From Candidatus Woesearchaeota archaeon (lineage in GTDB: Archaea; Nanobdellota; Nanobdellia; SCGC-AAA011-G17; PNOQ01), in NCBI GenBank assembly GCA_043812195.1, contig JBDRML010000045.1, positions 972 through 64,971 on the forward strand: a stretch of 64,000 nucleotides of DNA, in the 5' to 3' direction. A program made the position numbers and the translations under genes. Positions 9,915 through 20,893 of the stretch are shown piece after piece (position 1 is the stretch's first letter; every line of letters starts with the position of its first letter). Under the pieces are notes generated by a model. That model did not search any database and was not told where the DNA came from. It saw nothing but the letters and a program-made list of their open reading frames with translations.

Positions 9915-11816
9915 ATGGCAATAAGAATATTGGATGACATCAAAGAGATGCTTCCGCAAAATGCTGATATTTCTAATATCTCATTTGAAGGAGCAAATAT
10001 AGTTCTTTATACAAAAAATAAAGACTTCTTCCTAGATAACAATGGATTAATCCAAGAAATAGTTTCAAAAATCAAAAAAAGAGTTGAACTAAGAGCAGAT
10101 CCTTCTTTAACTTTAGAATTAGAAAAAGCAGAAGCCACAATAAATAATATAATCAAAGATGAAGCAGGAAAATTAAACATTATTTTTGATTCTCAAAGAT
10201 CTCAAGTTATTATAGAAGCTGAAAAACCAGGAATAGCAATTGGAAAATCTGGTGAAAACCTAAAAGAAATAAAAAAACAAACTTTCTGGGTTCCCTACGT
10301 AAGAAGAATACCAGCAATAAAAGCAAATTTAATCACTAATATTAGAAATGTTTTGTATGAAAATAATGATTACAGAAAAAAATTTCTTCACCAAGTTGGA
10401 GAAAGAATTTACGGACCAAAAAGAAAAAATAAACAAACTGAATGGGTTAGAATTGCATGCTTAGGAGCTTCAAGGCAAGTAGGAAGATCGTGTTTCTTAT
10501 TGCAAACAGAAGAATCCAATGTCTTAATTGATTGTGGTATAGATGTAGCAGCACAAGGAGAAGACCAATATCCATATTTTTCAGCACCAGAATTCAGGAT
10601 TAATGAATTAGATGCAGTAGTTGTATCACATCCACACTTAGACCATTGTGGTTTAGTTCCTTTATTATTTAAATATGGATACAAAGGACCTATTTATTGT
10701 ACTGAACCAACAAGAGATATAGCAGCTCTATTATGTCTAGACTTATTAGAAATAGGCAAAAAAGATGCTAAAAACGCATTATATTCATCAACAGAAATTA
10801 AAGAAATGGTTAAACACGCCATCACGCTAAATTTTGAAGAAGTTACAGACATAACTCCAGATGTAAGATTAACATTTTATAATGCTGGCCATAATTTAGG
10901 AAGCGCAATGTGTCATTTCCATATAGGAGAAGGGTTACACAATTTTTTATACACAGGAGATTTAAATTATGAATTATCAAATTTATTAGCTCCAGCAGCA
11001 ACTAAATTTCCAAGATTAGAAACCATAATGATAGAATCAACTTATGGTGGAAAAGAAGATGTATTAGCAACAAGAAGTGAATGTGAATCTTATCTATTAA
11101 ATATAATCAAAGATACAATAGAAAGGGGTGGAAAAGTTTTACTTCCTGTTTTGGGTGTAGGAAGAGCCCAAGAAATTTTAGTAATTTTAGAAAAAGCAAT
11201 AAGAGAAGGAAAACTAAAGGAAGTTCCAGTATTCTTACAAGGAATGCTTTGGGATGTTAATGCAATCCACACTACATACCCAGACTTTTTCGCTCATAAA
11301 ATCAAACAGTCAATATTCCATAAAGGAGAAAATCCTTTCTTAGCTCCATACTTTAAAGAAATAGTTGGAAGAAAAGAAATGACTCAAGTATTAGAAGAAA
11401 AAGGTCCATGTGTTATAATGGCAACATCTGGAATGTTAACAGGGGGAGCATCTGTAGAATACTTCAAAAATTTAGCAGACAATCCAAAAAATTCCATTGT
11501 TTTCACATCATACTTAGGTGTTGGAACAACAGGTAGAAGAGTTCAACAAGGAGAAAAAGAAATTATGTTCCAAGAAGACAACAAACAAATGCCTGTGAAA
11601 GTTAGACTAGAAATCTATTCAATTCATGGTTTTACAGGACATTCAGATAGAAATCAATTAATGAATTTCATCAGAAGATTAAGTCCAAAACCAAAAAAAG
11701 TAATAGTAATTCATGGTGAATCTTCAAAAACTTTAGACTTAGCTAGTTCTATACATAAATCAGAACGTATTGAAACCACAGCACCAAAGAATTTAGAGAT
11801 AATTAGATTAAGATAA
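9915..11816 (+). CDS. Archaeal CPSF1 (KH + metallo-beta-lactamase + beta-CASP ribonuclease)
   Basis: N-terminal KH domains, HPHLDHCG MBL motif and beta-CASP C-terminus; 633 aa. Confidence 0.85.
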   Translation: MAIRILDDIKEMLPQNADISNISFEGANIVLYTKNKDFFLDNNGLIQEIVSKIKKRVELRADPSLTLELEKAEATINNIIKDEAGKLNIIFDSQRSQVIIEAEKPGIAIGKSGENLKEIKKQTFWVPYVRRIPAIKANLITNIRNVLYENNDYRKKFLHQVGERIYGPKRKNKQTEWVRIACLGASRQVGRSCFLLQTEESNVLIDCGIDVAAQGEDQYPYFSAPEFRINELDAVVVSHPHLDHCGLVPLLFKYGYKGPIYCTEPTRDIAALLCLDLLEIGKKDAKNALYSSTEIKEMVKHAITLNFEEVTDITPDVRLTFYNAGHNLGSAMCHFHIGEGLHNFLYTGDLNYELSNLLAPAATKFPRLETIMIESTYGGKEDVLATRSECESYLLNIIKDTIERGGKVLLPVLGVGRAQEILVILEKAIREGKLKEVPVFLQGMLWDVNAIHTTYPDFFAHKIKQSIFHKGENPFLAPYFKEIVGRKEMTQVLEEKGPCVIMATSGMLTGGASVEYFKNLADNPKNSIVFTSYLGVGTTGRRVQQGEKEIMFQEDNKQMPVKVRLEIYSIHGFTGHSDRNQLMNFIRRLSPKPKKVIVIHGESSKTLDLASSIHKSERIETTAPKNLEIIRLR

Positions 11817-11848
11817 TTTTATAAAGAGTACTAATTTCCTTAAAAAAC

Positions 11849-12223
11849 ATGGCATTAACATTACAACACAGAGTCGGAAACGGAGGAGCAAACATATTTG
11901 ATTTTAATACTCGTACTTATGTATGTGGTATAACTTTAGTAGATATGGTTAGAACTGAAATAGGTGATGGTGAATTAACAATTGAAGTAGAAAGAGTTAA
12001 AGAAAGGAATGGAGAACCCTATATAGTAAAAAAAGATATTAAATTCTATGAAAAAGATCGTGATGCCAAAGCTATTAATATTCTAAATGGTTTAGTCCTC
12101 ACAATCAAAGAATGGGGATCAATGACAGCAAGAATAACATATCATGATCCTTACAAAACCTACAAAATACTAAGAAAAGAAATTCAGGGCAGTGAAGAAG
12201 CAAGAGAAAGAAGATATTTATAA
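11849..12223 (+). CDS. Hypothetical protein
   Basis: 124-aa ORF directly downstream of aCPSF1. Confidence 0.35.
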   Translation: MALTLQHRVGNGGANIFDFNTRTYVCGITLVDMVRTEIGDGELTIEVERVKERNGEPYIVKKDIKFYEKDRDAKAINILNGLVLTIKEWGSMTARITYHDPYKTYKILRKEIQGSEEARERRYL

Positions 12224-12227
12224 ACAA

Positions 12228-13124
12228 TTACATATTTCTTAATCTTTGAATACGATTTGTTAATGGAGGATGAGTACTCCACCAAGAAGAATCTGATTTT
12301 TTCTCTTTCTTTAAAGGATTAGAAATAAACAAAGCAGCATTTCCTTTACTAGCTTTTTCAATTTTAGATTTAGGATCTTCTTTTATTTTCTCTAAAGCAG
12401 AAGCTAAACCTTCAGGATATCTAGTTAACATAGCACCAGAAGCATCAGCTAAATACTCTCTTTTCCTACTTATAGCCAATCTAATTAACTGAACCAAAAT
12501 TGGACTCAAAATAACCAAAACCAAACCAATTATAATAAACACAATATTAGCACCACCAGAATCTTTTCTTCCACTATGTCCACCAAACCATAGAGACCTC
12601 AAAAATATATGACTCAATAAAACTACAACACCAACCAAAGCAACAGTAAACATCATAAATCTAATATCATAATTTTTAATATGACTCATCTCGTGTGCAA
12701 TAACACCTTCCAATTCTTGTCTATTCATTTTTTCTAATAAACCTGTAGTCACAGTTATAGAAGCACTCTTAGGGCTTTTTCCAGTAGCAAAAGCATTCAA
12801 AGCAGGACTATCAATAACATAAGCTTTGGGTTTTGGAATCCCAGCAGCAATAGCTAATCCATCAATAGTATGCCACAAAAAAGGATATTCACTTCTTTTC
12901 AACTCTCTAGCTCCAGTACTAGATAATATCATTTTATCCCCAGAACTAAAAGTTATAGCAGTATAAATTACAGCAATAAAAAAAGCCAATCCAAATCCAA
13001 AATAAGGGCTCCCCCAATAATAACCTAAAAAATAACCAATAGCACTAACAATCAACACAAAGAAAACTATCAAAATATAAGAGTTCCATTTATTCTTGCT
13101 TATCTCATTATACATATTTGCCAT
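12228..13124 (-). CDS. htpX: HtpX-like M48 zinc metalloprotease
   Basis: HEMSHIKNYD HExxH motif and multiple transmembrane segments. Confidence 0.85.
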   Translation of the reverse strand: MANMYNEISKNKWNSYILIVFFVLIVSAIGYFLGYYWGSPYFGFGLAFFIAVIYTAITFSSGDKMILSSTGARELKRSEYPFLWHTIDGLAIAAGIPKPKAYVIDSPALNAFATGKSPKSASITVTTGLLEKMNRQELEGVIAHEMSHIKNYDIRFMMFTVALVGVVVLLSHIFLRSLWFGGHSGRKDSGGANIVFIIIGLVLVILSPILVQLIRLAISRKREYLADASGAMLTRYPEGLASALEKIKEDPKSKIEKASKGNAALFISNPLKKEKKSDSSWWSTHPPLTNRIQRLRNM

Positions 13125-13133
13125 TTTCTAAAA

Positions 13134-13739
13134 CTAAAACTTAACCTTAACAGGCTCTCTTTCTTTTCCTTCAGTTTTGAAGAATTCTTCTTCCTTAAAT
13201 CCTAATATTCTAGCAAACATATTAGTTGGAAAAACTTGTATCTTAGTATTGAAATCCATCACATTATCATTATAGAATTGTCTTGCATATGAAATCTTAT
13301 TCTCAGTACCAGATAATTCCTCTTGAAGCATCTTAAAATTATCACTAGCCTTCAAATCAGGATAATTCTCAGCTACTGCAAATAAAGACTTAAAAGCATT
13401 AGTTAATTGATCAGAAGCTTCAGCTCTTTTATGAATATCTCCTTTCATCAAATTAGCTCTAGCATTTGTTATAGTAGTCAAAACTTCTCTCTCATGTTTC
13501 ATGTATCCTTTAACAGTATCCATTAAATTAGGAATTAAATCATATCTTCTCTTTAATTGAACATCAATCTGGCTCCAAGCATTCTTAACTCTATTTCTTA
13601 AAGCAATCAAAACATTAAAAGCTATAATAATGTATAATACTATCACTCCAACTATAATTCCAACAATTAATAATGTATTTACCATAAAATTAAAAAACAA
13701 GCTGTATTTATAAATCTTACTAATTAAATCCTCTTCCAA
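13134..13739 (-). CDS. LemA family membrane protein
   Basis: N-terminal TM helix followed by the LemA core ([31 protein letters not shown]). Confidence 0.75.
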   Translation of the reverse strand: [201 protein letters not shown]

Positions 13740-14545
13740 CCAACTTTCTTCTTTTTCAACTTAACTAACTGAGGCCAATTCTCATCCAAAGTCTTTCTCC
13801 TAGCCTGATATAAAATTCCAATAGGAATCTTTCCTTTAATATTATCATAATTCCACTTATCAGCTAATTCCATAGCATTCTTCATATTATTCTTATTCTC
13901 AACTATATACATATTTTTATCCAAATTATTAATATCTAAATTAAACACTATACAATCTTGTAAAATTTCAACAAATGAAAACCCTTTATGTTTAATTGCC
14001 TTTTCAATCATCATAGCAGTATGTTTAACATTCCTAGCATTACATCTTGCAACAAAACTAGCACCAGAAACCAAAGCTAACTTAATAGGATTAAGAGTTA
14101 AATTAACCAAACCAAGAGGTTCTGCTTTACTTTTATAACCTGATTGTGAAGTAGGAGTTCCTTGTCCAGTTGTTAAAGAAAAAGATCTATTATCATGTAC
14201 AATCAAAGTCATATCATTATTATATCTACAAGCATGTATAAAATGTGAAATTCCTTCAGCATAAGTATCTCCATCACCAGCAAAACCAAGAACATGCAAA
14301 TTGGGATTTCCTAACTTAATACCTAAAGCAGTTGGTAAAACTCTTCCATGTAATCCATATATGCCTCCAATATTCAAATAGTCAAATATTTTAGCATGAC
14401 AACCAATTCCAGTTACCATTGCAAAATCTTTTTGTTTATAACCATTCTTCATCAATCTAGAAATAGCTAACTTAGCAGCCTCACAAATTTTATAATTAGG
14501 ACATCCAGGACACCATGTTATTGTATTTTTAGTATCTAGTTTCAT
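13724..14545 (-). CDS. 2-oxoacid:ferredoxin oxidoreductase beta subunit (TPP-binding)
   Basis: WCPGCPNYKI...GIGCH and the GDG TPP-binding motif. Confidence 0.85.
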   Translation of the reverse strand: MKLDTKNTITWCPGCPNYKICEAAKLAISRLMKNGYKQKDFAMVTGIGCHAKIFDYLNIGGIYGLHGRVLPTALGIKLGNPNLHVLGFAGDGDTYAEGISHFIHACRYNNDMTLIVHDNRSFSLTTGQGTPTSQSGYKSKAEPLGLVNLTLNPIKLALVSGASFVARCNARNVKHTAMMIEKAIKHKGFSFVEILQDCIVFNLDINNLDKNMYIVENKNNMKNAMELADKWNYDNIKGKIPIGILYQARRKTLDENWPQLVKLKKKKVGWKRI

Positions 14546-16059
14546 CTTACTTTCATCAACTCCTTTCTCAATTCATCAGATAAAAACGGCCTTGCATCAT
14601 ATTTCAAAATTCTTTTCTCAATTTTAATTCCTGTTTTTTCTCTAATTAATCTACCTAATTGTCCAGTTAAATTATTTTCAACTAACACTACATTCTTAGC
14701 TTTCAAAATCTCTTTTTTAATTTGTTCAGACAAAGGCATCATATACAAAACCTGTAAAAACTTAAAATCCAAACCTTCAATAGCATCTAAAATAGCACCC
14801 TTAGTAGAACCCCAACCAATAACCAAATTCTTACTATTCTTTTTACCATAAATCTTAATCATCTCAAATCTTTTAGCAACTCTTTTAATCTTAACATATT
14901 TTTTTAATCTATAAATAGCATTTTTCTCAGTAATAGAAGCATCCTCAGTTGTATTTCCATGTTTATCATGTTCATAACCACTAGCTTTAACAATACATTC
15001 ACCAGGAACTTTTCTATTAACTTTAACTTTCAAAGCTTTCTTAGCTTTTCCATCAAAACTAAATTCAGATTCAGCTAAATGTTTATCAGACAATAAAATA
15101 CTTAAACAACCAAATTTTTCAGATAAATAAAAAGCTTCATTAGTTTTTTCAATAGCCTCAACAGGATCACCAGGAGCAATCACAACTCTAGGAAACTCTC
15201 CATGCCCGCCTCTTAAAGCAATATTCAAATCACCTTGTGAAGTATAAGTAGGAACACCAGTTCCAGGACCAGGCCTTGCAGCCAAATAAACAACTAAAGG
15301 AATCTCACTCATACCTTGTAAACTCAAACCTTCACACATCAAATCAAAACCTCCTCCAGAAGTTCCAACCATCGTTCTAGCACCAGAAAAACTAGCACCC
15401 AAACCTGCATTCACAACAGCAATTTCATTTTCAGGTTGAAACACCATAAAACCATTTTTAATCTGTTTAGCAGCCAACTCATGTAAAACTCCAGTAGCAG
15501 GAGTCATAGGATAAGCAATATACAAATTTATCTCAGAATTCACAGCACCAATGGCAACTGCTTGAGATCCAGACATAATATTAATCTTATTCTTTAATTT
15601 TTTCAAACTAAATATTTTTTTCTCAGCTTCAAAACCCTTATCCGCAGCATTAATAGATTTTTTATTATTCAATTCTTTTTTAATCTCATCAATCAAAATC
15701 TTCTTATCAAATCCCAATATCTTAATTAAACATCCAGCTAATGCAACATTTAAATTTCTACCATACTCCAAAAAATCATCAGGTCTAATAATAAATCCTC
15801 CTTTTTTCAAATCTTTTTTATGAACTTTAACAGTATTATTATCCATAGCTATAATGCCATCTATTTTACTTTCATAACTTCCAACTCTTTTGTCAGAAAT
15901 ACTCAAAATATTAAAATTATGTCCACCACGAATTATTGAAGGATAATCTCTATAATTAAAAGTAAAATATCCTTGATTAATCATAATCTTAGATACAATG
16001 CCGGAAATCTTATTAATTCCTTGACCAGCACTTCCACCTATAACAATATTTAATCTCAT
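14542..16059 (-). CDS. 2-oxoacid:ferredoxin oxidoreductase alpha subunit with fused gamma domain
   Basis: The N-terminal gamma domain (IVIGGSAGQGI) is fused to the alpha core. It overlaps the beta gene by 4 nt, so the two form an operon. Confidence 0.8.
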   Translation of the reverse strand: MRLNIVIGGSAGQGINKISGIVSKIMINQGYFTFNYRDYPSIIRGGHNFNILSISDKRVGSYESKIDGIIAMDNNTVKVHKKDLKKGGFIIRPDDFLEYGRNLNVALAGCLIKILGFDKKILIDEIKKELNNKKSINAADKGFEAEKKIFSLKKLKNKINIMSGSQAVAIGAVNSEINLYIAYPMTPATGVLHELAAKQIKNGFMVFQPENEIAVVNAGLGASFSGARTMVGTSGGGFDLMCEGLSLQGMSEIPLVVYLAARPGPGTGVPTYTSQGDLNIALRGGHGEFPRVVIAPGDPVEAIEKTNEAFYLSEKFGCLSILLSDKHLAESEFSFDGKAKKALKVKVNRKVPGECIVKASGYEHDKHGNTTEDASITEKNAIYRLKKYVKIKRVAKRFEMIKIYGKKNSKNLVIGWGSTKGAILDAIEGLDFKFLQVLYMMPLSEQIKKEILKAKNVVLVENNLTGQLGRLIREKTGIKIEKRILKYDARPFLSDELRKELMKVR

Positions 16060-16101
16060 CCTCTTTTATTAAAATTTGAAATTTATTATTTATAAAGTTG
16101 T

Positions 16102-16605
16102 CTAATCTCCAATCAAATCTCCTAACCTCTCTCTAACTCTCTCAATAAAATCATTATTCAAATTCTTTATAATTAACTTAGTCTGTATAACAAATTTTTC
16201 AGTATTTTTTAATAATTCCTGTGTAATCTCTTTTGTTATATCATCTTTTTCTGTTGTCACATAATATTGTTTATCAATCCTTTCTTCCTTAGCATCGGAA
16301 ATTAACTTAAACAAATCATTTTTACCAAATAATAATTTCAATAATAATATAGAACCAGCATGATTTTCACACTTTATTCCTGTTTTAAAAAGAAGAGCAA
16401 TCAGAGAATTATACATAGCATAATAAGACATACTAATGGAATTTTCATATAAATCGTTCTTCAATAATAATTTTGCAGAAAATAAACAATTATCCGACTT
16501 CTCTAAATAAGATTCACAAACTTCTTCAGTAGGTTCAATTAACTCCAATTTCTCTTCTTTCTTAAGTTTACTCAAAAATTTATTTTTTTTCATAAAAATG
16601 TTCAA
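16102..16605 (-). CDS. HEPN-domain protein (toxin component of a HEPN/MNT pair)
   Basis: Alpha-helical HEPN-like sequence with a conserved R/H region; overlaps the upstream MNT gene. Confidence 0.5.
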   Translation of the reverse strand: MNIFMKKNKFLSKLKKEEKLELIEPTEEVCESYLEKSDNCLFSAKLLLKNDLYENSISMSYYAMYNSLIALLFKTGIKCENHAGSILLLKLLFGKNDLFKLISDAKEERIDKQYYVTTEKDDITKEITQELLKNTEKFVIQTKLIIKNLNNDFIERVRERLGDLIGD

Positions 16606-17131
16606 CTCCCTGAATTATTATATGATTTTTAATAATCTCTTTTATAAGTAGAGATTTTGTATCAAACTCCCCTATCTTAACTCTAATCCTTGAATTAACG
16701 CTTTCTATATTTCTTTTAACATTTCTATCTTTAGTCTCTATATAAATATCAATATCGCTATTTTTTTTCTCTATACCTTTTGCATAACTCCCAAACAAAA
16801 CAATCAAATCTTTATCATTTTTCTTTAATATATCCTCAAAAATTACACTTAATTCTGGATGTTTACTTAAAAAAATTATCAATTTGTGTAATTCAGCTTT
16901 TAGAATATAACTTTTTGAAATTATATTGTCCTTTAAATAAAAAACCTTATTTTTCCCCTCTTTTCTAAAATCAACTACATTTTTTTCAAGCAATCTATTT
17001 AACTTTCTAAAAACTGTAGAATGAGACTCGTCTAAATTATTCGCAAGACCCCTAATATGGCTTTCTCTTTTTATCAATAATAAAATAATATCCATTTCCA
17101 TATCGTTTCTATTTTGAACCATATGTACCAT
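16580..17131 (-). CDS. Winged-HTH + minimal nucleotidyltransferase (MNT) protein
   Basis: LFGSYAKGIEKKNSDIDIYI is the GS...DxD nucleotidyltransferase motif; N-terminal wHTH. Confidence 0.65.
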   Translation of the reverse strand: MVHMVQNRNDMEMDIILLLIKRESHIRGLANNLDESHSTVFRKLNRLLEKNVVDFRKEGKNKVFYLKDNIISKSYILKAELHKLIIFLSKHPELSVIFEDILKKNDKDLIVLFGSYAKGIEKKNSDIDIYIETKDRNVKRNIESVNSRIRVKIGEFDTKSLLIKEIIKNHIIIQGVEHFYEKK

Positions 17132-17179
17132 ATATGAACCAATAGTATTTAAATCTTTCTATTTTACGAAAAAAATACA

Positions 17180-17482
17180 TTAAATATCAAAACGATTATC
17201 ACCAATTAACTTTCTAGCCTTTCTCCTTTCCTGCAATTTCTTTTGTTTTATATTCATTTTAATCCTTTTTTCATATAATTCATTATTAAAAAATTTAACA
17301 CTACGATTAATTCTCTTAATAATTTTAGAATCCCTAAACCAATCTCTGAAACCATCTCTCCAATTTATCCAATCATCATAAAAAGGATTAATTATTATAT
17401 TTTCTTGATCAAGTAATTTTTTAGGAAATATAGATTCAGAAATTTTATATCCACTTCTTCTCTGCCATTTTTTTATTCCCAT
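17180..17482 (-). CDS. Hypothetical basic protein
   Basis: 100-aa K/R-rich ORF. Confidence 0.3.
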   Translation of the reverse strand: MGIKKWQRRSGYKISESIFPKKLLDQENIIINPFYDDWINWRDGFRDWFRDSKIIKRINRSVKFFNNELYEKRIKMNIKQKKLQERRKARKLIGDNRFDI

Positions 17483-17542
17483 TTTAAATAATTAAATAAT
17501 CAGTCTCATATTATATAAAAAATCTGGTTCTCAAACATAATA

Positions 17543-18007
17543 ATGATAACCATTATTTTAGCACATATAATCGTTCAATACCATAACTTTTATAAATCTC
17601 CCAAAAATACCGAATCCATGAAAGCACATAAAATACAAAGGTCCAGCGGAGCAGCTCATGACGTGCATATACAAGAAGATCTATATATTCCAGAACTTGA
17701 GGTATCTTTTTATGCAAGAACAGAGAATCTTATGAGTAAACCAATATTTGGAAAAGTTACTCACCAAGAAATGAGTGTAGGTATGCGTGACGATTTAATT
17801 AGAGTTTCTCAAGGAATAACCTCAAATAATCAGTATAATGTTCACAATAAAGGTGAAATTGATTTAAGCGAGTCAGACATAAGAAGGCTTGAAGAAAAAT
17901 TAGCAGAATATAATGCATTAAATCCTAAACTAAAAGCAATTACCAATGGATTATTTGAAGCAATTACCAATGGAAGTTTCGTCCCTTTAGTTAGACTGGA
18001 TCAATAA
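17543..18007 (+). CDS. Hypothetical protein
   Basis: 154-aa ORF. The true start may be the internal Met (MKAHKIQ). Confidence 0.3.
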   Translation: MITIILAHIIVQYHNFYKSPKNTESMKAHKIQRSSGAAHDVHIQEDLYIPELEVSFYARTENLMSKPIFGKVTHQEMSVGMRDDLIRVSQGITSNNQYNVHNKGEIDLSESDIRRLEEKLAEYNALNPKLKAITNGLFEAITNGSFVPLVRLDQ

Positions 18008-18015
18008 TTTATTTC

Positions 18016-19932
18016 TCAACCAATTATCTCTTTTATCTTCTCAACAGTTTCAGGATTAACTAAAGTCATCAAACCTTTGGGTTCTTCCTTTGCCAATAAA
18101 GCTTTTAAAATTCTTCTCATAATTTTTCCAGATCTAGTTTTAGGCAAATCATCAACAAAATATATCTTAGCAGGTCTCGCAATTGGTCCTATCTTACTAT
18201 CAACTTGTTTCTTGATTTTTTTAACTAATTCATCAGAAGGAGAACCTCTTTTTAATATCACAAAAGCAACAGGAACCTGCCCTCTTAATTTATCAGCCAT
18301 CGGCACTATAGCACTCTCATTAACATCTGGATATCCATTAATTGCATTTTCAATTTCAGCAGTGCTCATTCTATGCCCTGCAACTTTCATCACATCATCA
18401 ACTCTTCCAACAATTCTAATATATCCATTCTTATCCATAAATGCTCCATCACTAGTATCATATTTTCCTTTAAATCTTGACCAATATGTTTTTCTATACC
18501 TCTTAGAATTATTATAAATATCATGCAGCATTCCAGGAGCAAATGGACTAACCTGAACTAAATTACCAGCCTTACCAGCTTTAACCTTCCTTCCATTATC
18601 ATCTACAATCATATGTCTAGTCCCAGGAAAACTTCTACCAGAAACAGTAGGAATAAAAGGACCAATTCCAGGTAAACTCATTATTAAAGTTCCACCAGTT
18701 TCAGTTTGCCACCAAGTATCTACAACTGGACAATTTCCTTTTCCGACTTTATTAAAATACCACATCCAAGCATCTACATCTATAGGCTCTCCAACAGAAC
18801 CCAATAATCTTAAACTTTTTAATTTATACTTCTTAAACCATTTATTTCCAGCTTTCATAAACATTCTAATCGCAGTTGGTGCAGTATAGAAAATACTAAC
18901 TTTATTTTTATCAACAATATTCCACCACCTACTAAAATCTGGATAATCAGGAGTTCCTTCATAAATCAAAGTTGTAATTCCATTAGCCAAAGGACCATAA
19001 CAAGCATAAGTATGCCCAGTCACCCAACCAATATCTGCAGTGCACCAATGAATATCATTCTCATGCATATCAAACACATATCTACAAGTCCAATAAGCCT
19101 GTGTAATATATCCACCACTATCATGTAAAATTCCTTTGGGTACTCCAGTTGTCCCCGATGAATAAAGTATAAACAACGGATCATTACTCTCAACATAAAC
19201 GGGCTCACAATAAGGATTTTGTTTCTCTACCTCTTTCCATGAAACAAATTTCTTTCCTCTAATTTTTTTACCTAATCTAGGAACAACCACAACTTTCTTA
19301 ACCTTAGTTCCTTTAAGACCTTCTTTAGCCTTACTTAACAAATCTAAAGCTTCTCCCCTCCTATAATATCCATCAGCAGTAATCAAAACATTAGCCTTAC
19401 CATCTTTTAATCTAGTTTGCAAAGCATCAGCAGAAAACGCAGAAAACACAACAGAATGAATAGCCCCAATTCTAGCACATGCTAACATAGAAATTATAAC
19501 TTCGGGAATCAAAGGCAAATAAATTGCAACCACATCACCTTTCTTAACTTTCAACTTCTTCAACAAATTAGCAAGCTTATTTACTTTGTCATAAAGTTCT
19601 TGGTAAGTATACTTCACAGTTTTTTCTTTAGTAGGTTCAGGAACAAAAACCAAAGCAGTGTTATCTTTTCTATTTTTCAAATGTCTATCTAAACAATTCA
19701 CAGAAACATTTAATTTCCCACCAACAAACCATTTAAAATAAGGCGGTTTTTCTTCATATGTTTTTTTCCATTCTTTATTCCATGTTATTCCTTCTTTAGC
19801 TAAATTCTCCCAAAATTTAACAGGATTTTTATCTGCTATTTTATAAATATTTTTATTGTTAACCCAAGCTCTTTCTTTTATCTCTTTTCCAGGCCAAAAT
19901 ATCTTCCCTTTTTTAATTACTTTCTTCACCAT
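18016..19932 (-). CDS. acs: Acetyl-CoA synthetase (AMP-forming)
   Basis: YSSGTTGVPKG AMP-binding motif; 638 aa with the full ACS architecture. Confidence 0.9.
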   Translation of the reverse strand: MVKKVIKKGKIFWPGKEIKERAWVNNKNIYKIADKNPVKFWENLAKEGITWNKEWKKTYEEKPPYFKWFVGGKLNVSVNCLDRHLKNRKDNTALVFVPEPTKEKTVKYTYQELYDKVNKLANLLKKLKVKKGDVVAIYLPLIPEVIISMLACARIGAIHSVVFSAFSADALQTRLKDGKANVLITADGYYRRGEALDLLSKAKEGLKGTKVKKVVVVPRLGKKIRGKKFVSWKEVEKQNPYCEPVYVESNDPLFILYSSGTTGVPKGILHDSGGYITQAYWTCRYVFDMHENDIHWCTADIGWVTGHTYACYGPLANGITTLIYEGTPDYPDFSRWWNIVDKNKVSIFYTAPTAIRMFMKAGNKWFKKYKLKSLRLLGSVGEPIDVDAWMWYFNKVGKGNCPVVDTWWQTETGGTLIMSLPGIGPFIPTVSGRSFPGTRHMIVDDNGRKVKAGKAGNLVQVSPFAPGMLHDIYNNSKRYRKTYWSRFKGKYDTSDGAFMDKNGYIRIVGRVDDVMKVAGHRMSTAEIENAINGYPDVNESAIVPMADKLRGQVPVAFVILKRGSPSDELVKKIKKQVDSKIGPIARPAKIYFVDDLPKTRSGKIMRRILKALLAKEEPKGLMTLVNPETVEKIKEIIG

Positions 19933-20510
19933 TTTATGAAAAACTTCTTATCTTTAATTCCCTTATCATACAATCTCTTAGTATATCCAGTATTATCAAT
20001 ATCTTTCTTCTTAACACCAAGTTCTTTCAAAGCACCCATAATTTTTTTCTTAGCTTTTTTCATCTCTTTTTCCTGGCATAAATACTCAATCTCTAAAAAA
20101 TAACCTAAATGTTTAACCTTATTCAATTCTATAATCAATCTCTTATCTTTCTTATGTTTATAAGACTCAGAAGTTTTTAATTTTTTAATCCACTCTTCAA
20201 ACTTTAAATCTTTTAACAATGCCAAAAAATTCTCCATCTGCTCTTTATCTGTTAATTCGAACTCAAATTCTTGTTTTACAACTATGTAATCATCATAATA
20301 TTCCTTCAACCTTTTCTTAAAATTAACAACATGTGTAGTTTTAGTATTTCTAATTCTAAATGCTTTCTTAGGATATCCTTTTTGTTTTATAGCGAAATAA
20401 TCATCGCCTCTTTTTTCTTTTTTAGTAAAATTAGCAATCTTCCTAATTCTCTTTCTCATATCACCTGGATCTTTAACAATTGCCTTAGTTTCAACTTCTA
20501 ACCAAACCAT
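19926..20510 (-). CDS. CYTH-domain protein (triphosphate tunnel metalloenzyme / CyaB-like)
   Basis: N-terminal EVETKA motif and alternating charged beta-strands typical of CYTH. Confidence 0.5.
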   Translation of the reverse strand: MVWLEVETKAIVKDPGDMRKRIRKIANFTKKEKRGDDYFAIKQKGYPKKAFRIRNTKTTHVVNFKKRLKEYYDDYIVVKQEFEFELTDKEQMENFLALLKDLKFEEWIKKLKTSESYKHKKDKRLIIELNKVKHLGYFLEIEYLCQEKEMKKAKKKIMGALKELGVKKKDIDNTGYTKRLYDKGIKDKKFFIKW

Positions 20511-20562
20511 AATACACCTCTTACTAAAAAATTAAATTAGATATATATAAAAGTTTTCATAA

Positions 20563-20835
20563 TTATTTTTTTCCATTATTGTCTAAATAACGCAAAGCTA
20601 CTTTATAAGAAGCATCATAAACTATTCCTATAAATTGAATAGCTCCTGGACTAATAAATAAATTTTTTCCTGTTCCTAAATCTTTTAAAAATCTTTCAAG
20701 CCCAGCTTTTATAAGATATCTCCTAGCTATATCAGCTGCAAGGATAGATGCTTTATCCATTGAATCAATAAGATCTCCCCTAAATTCTTCATCTGTTTCT
20801 TTAACTAGTTTATTAAAATCATATTCTATTTTCAT
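20563..20835 (-). CDS. Hypothetical protein
   Basis: 90-aa ORF. Confidence 0.3.
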   Translation of the reverse strand: MKIEYDFNKLVKETDEEFRGDLIDSMDKASILAADIARRYLIKAGLERFLKDLGTGKNLFISPGAIQFIGIVYDASYKVALRYLDNNGKK

Positions 20836-20893
20836 TTTAAAAAGGAAAACACAGAAAACCTTATAAAACTTATTAAATTTGATTACTCATTAG

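Noticed and set aside
10409-10684. Antisense ORFs inside aCPSF1, gyrA, the acs gene and the thermosome gene (e.g. 10409-10684, 21990-22352, 18077-18517)
   Set aside because: They are fully contained in strongly supported long CDSs on the opposite strand.
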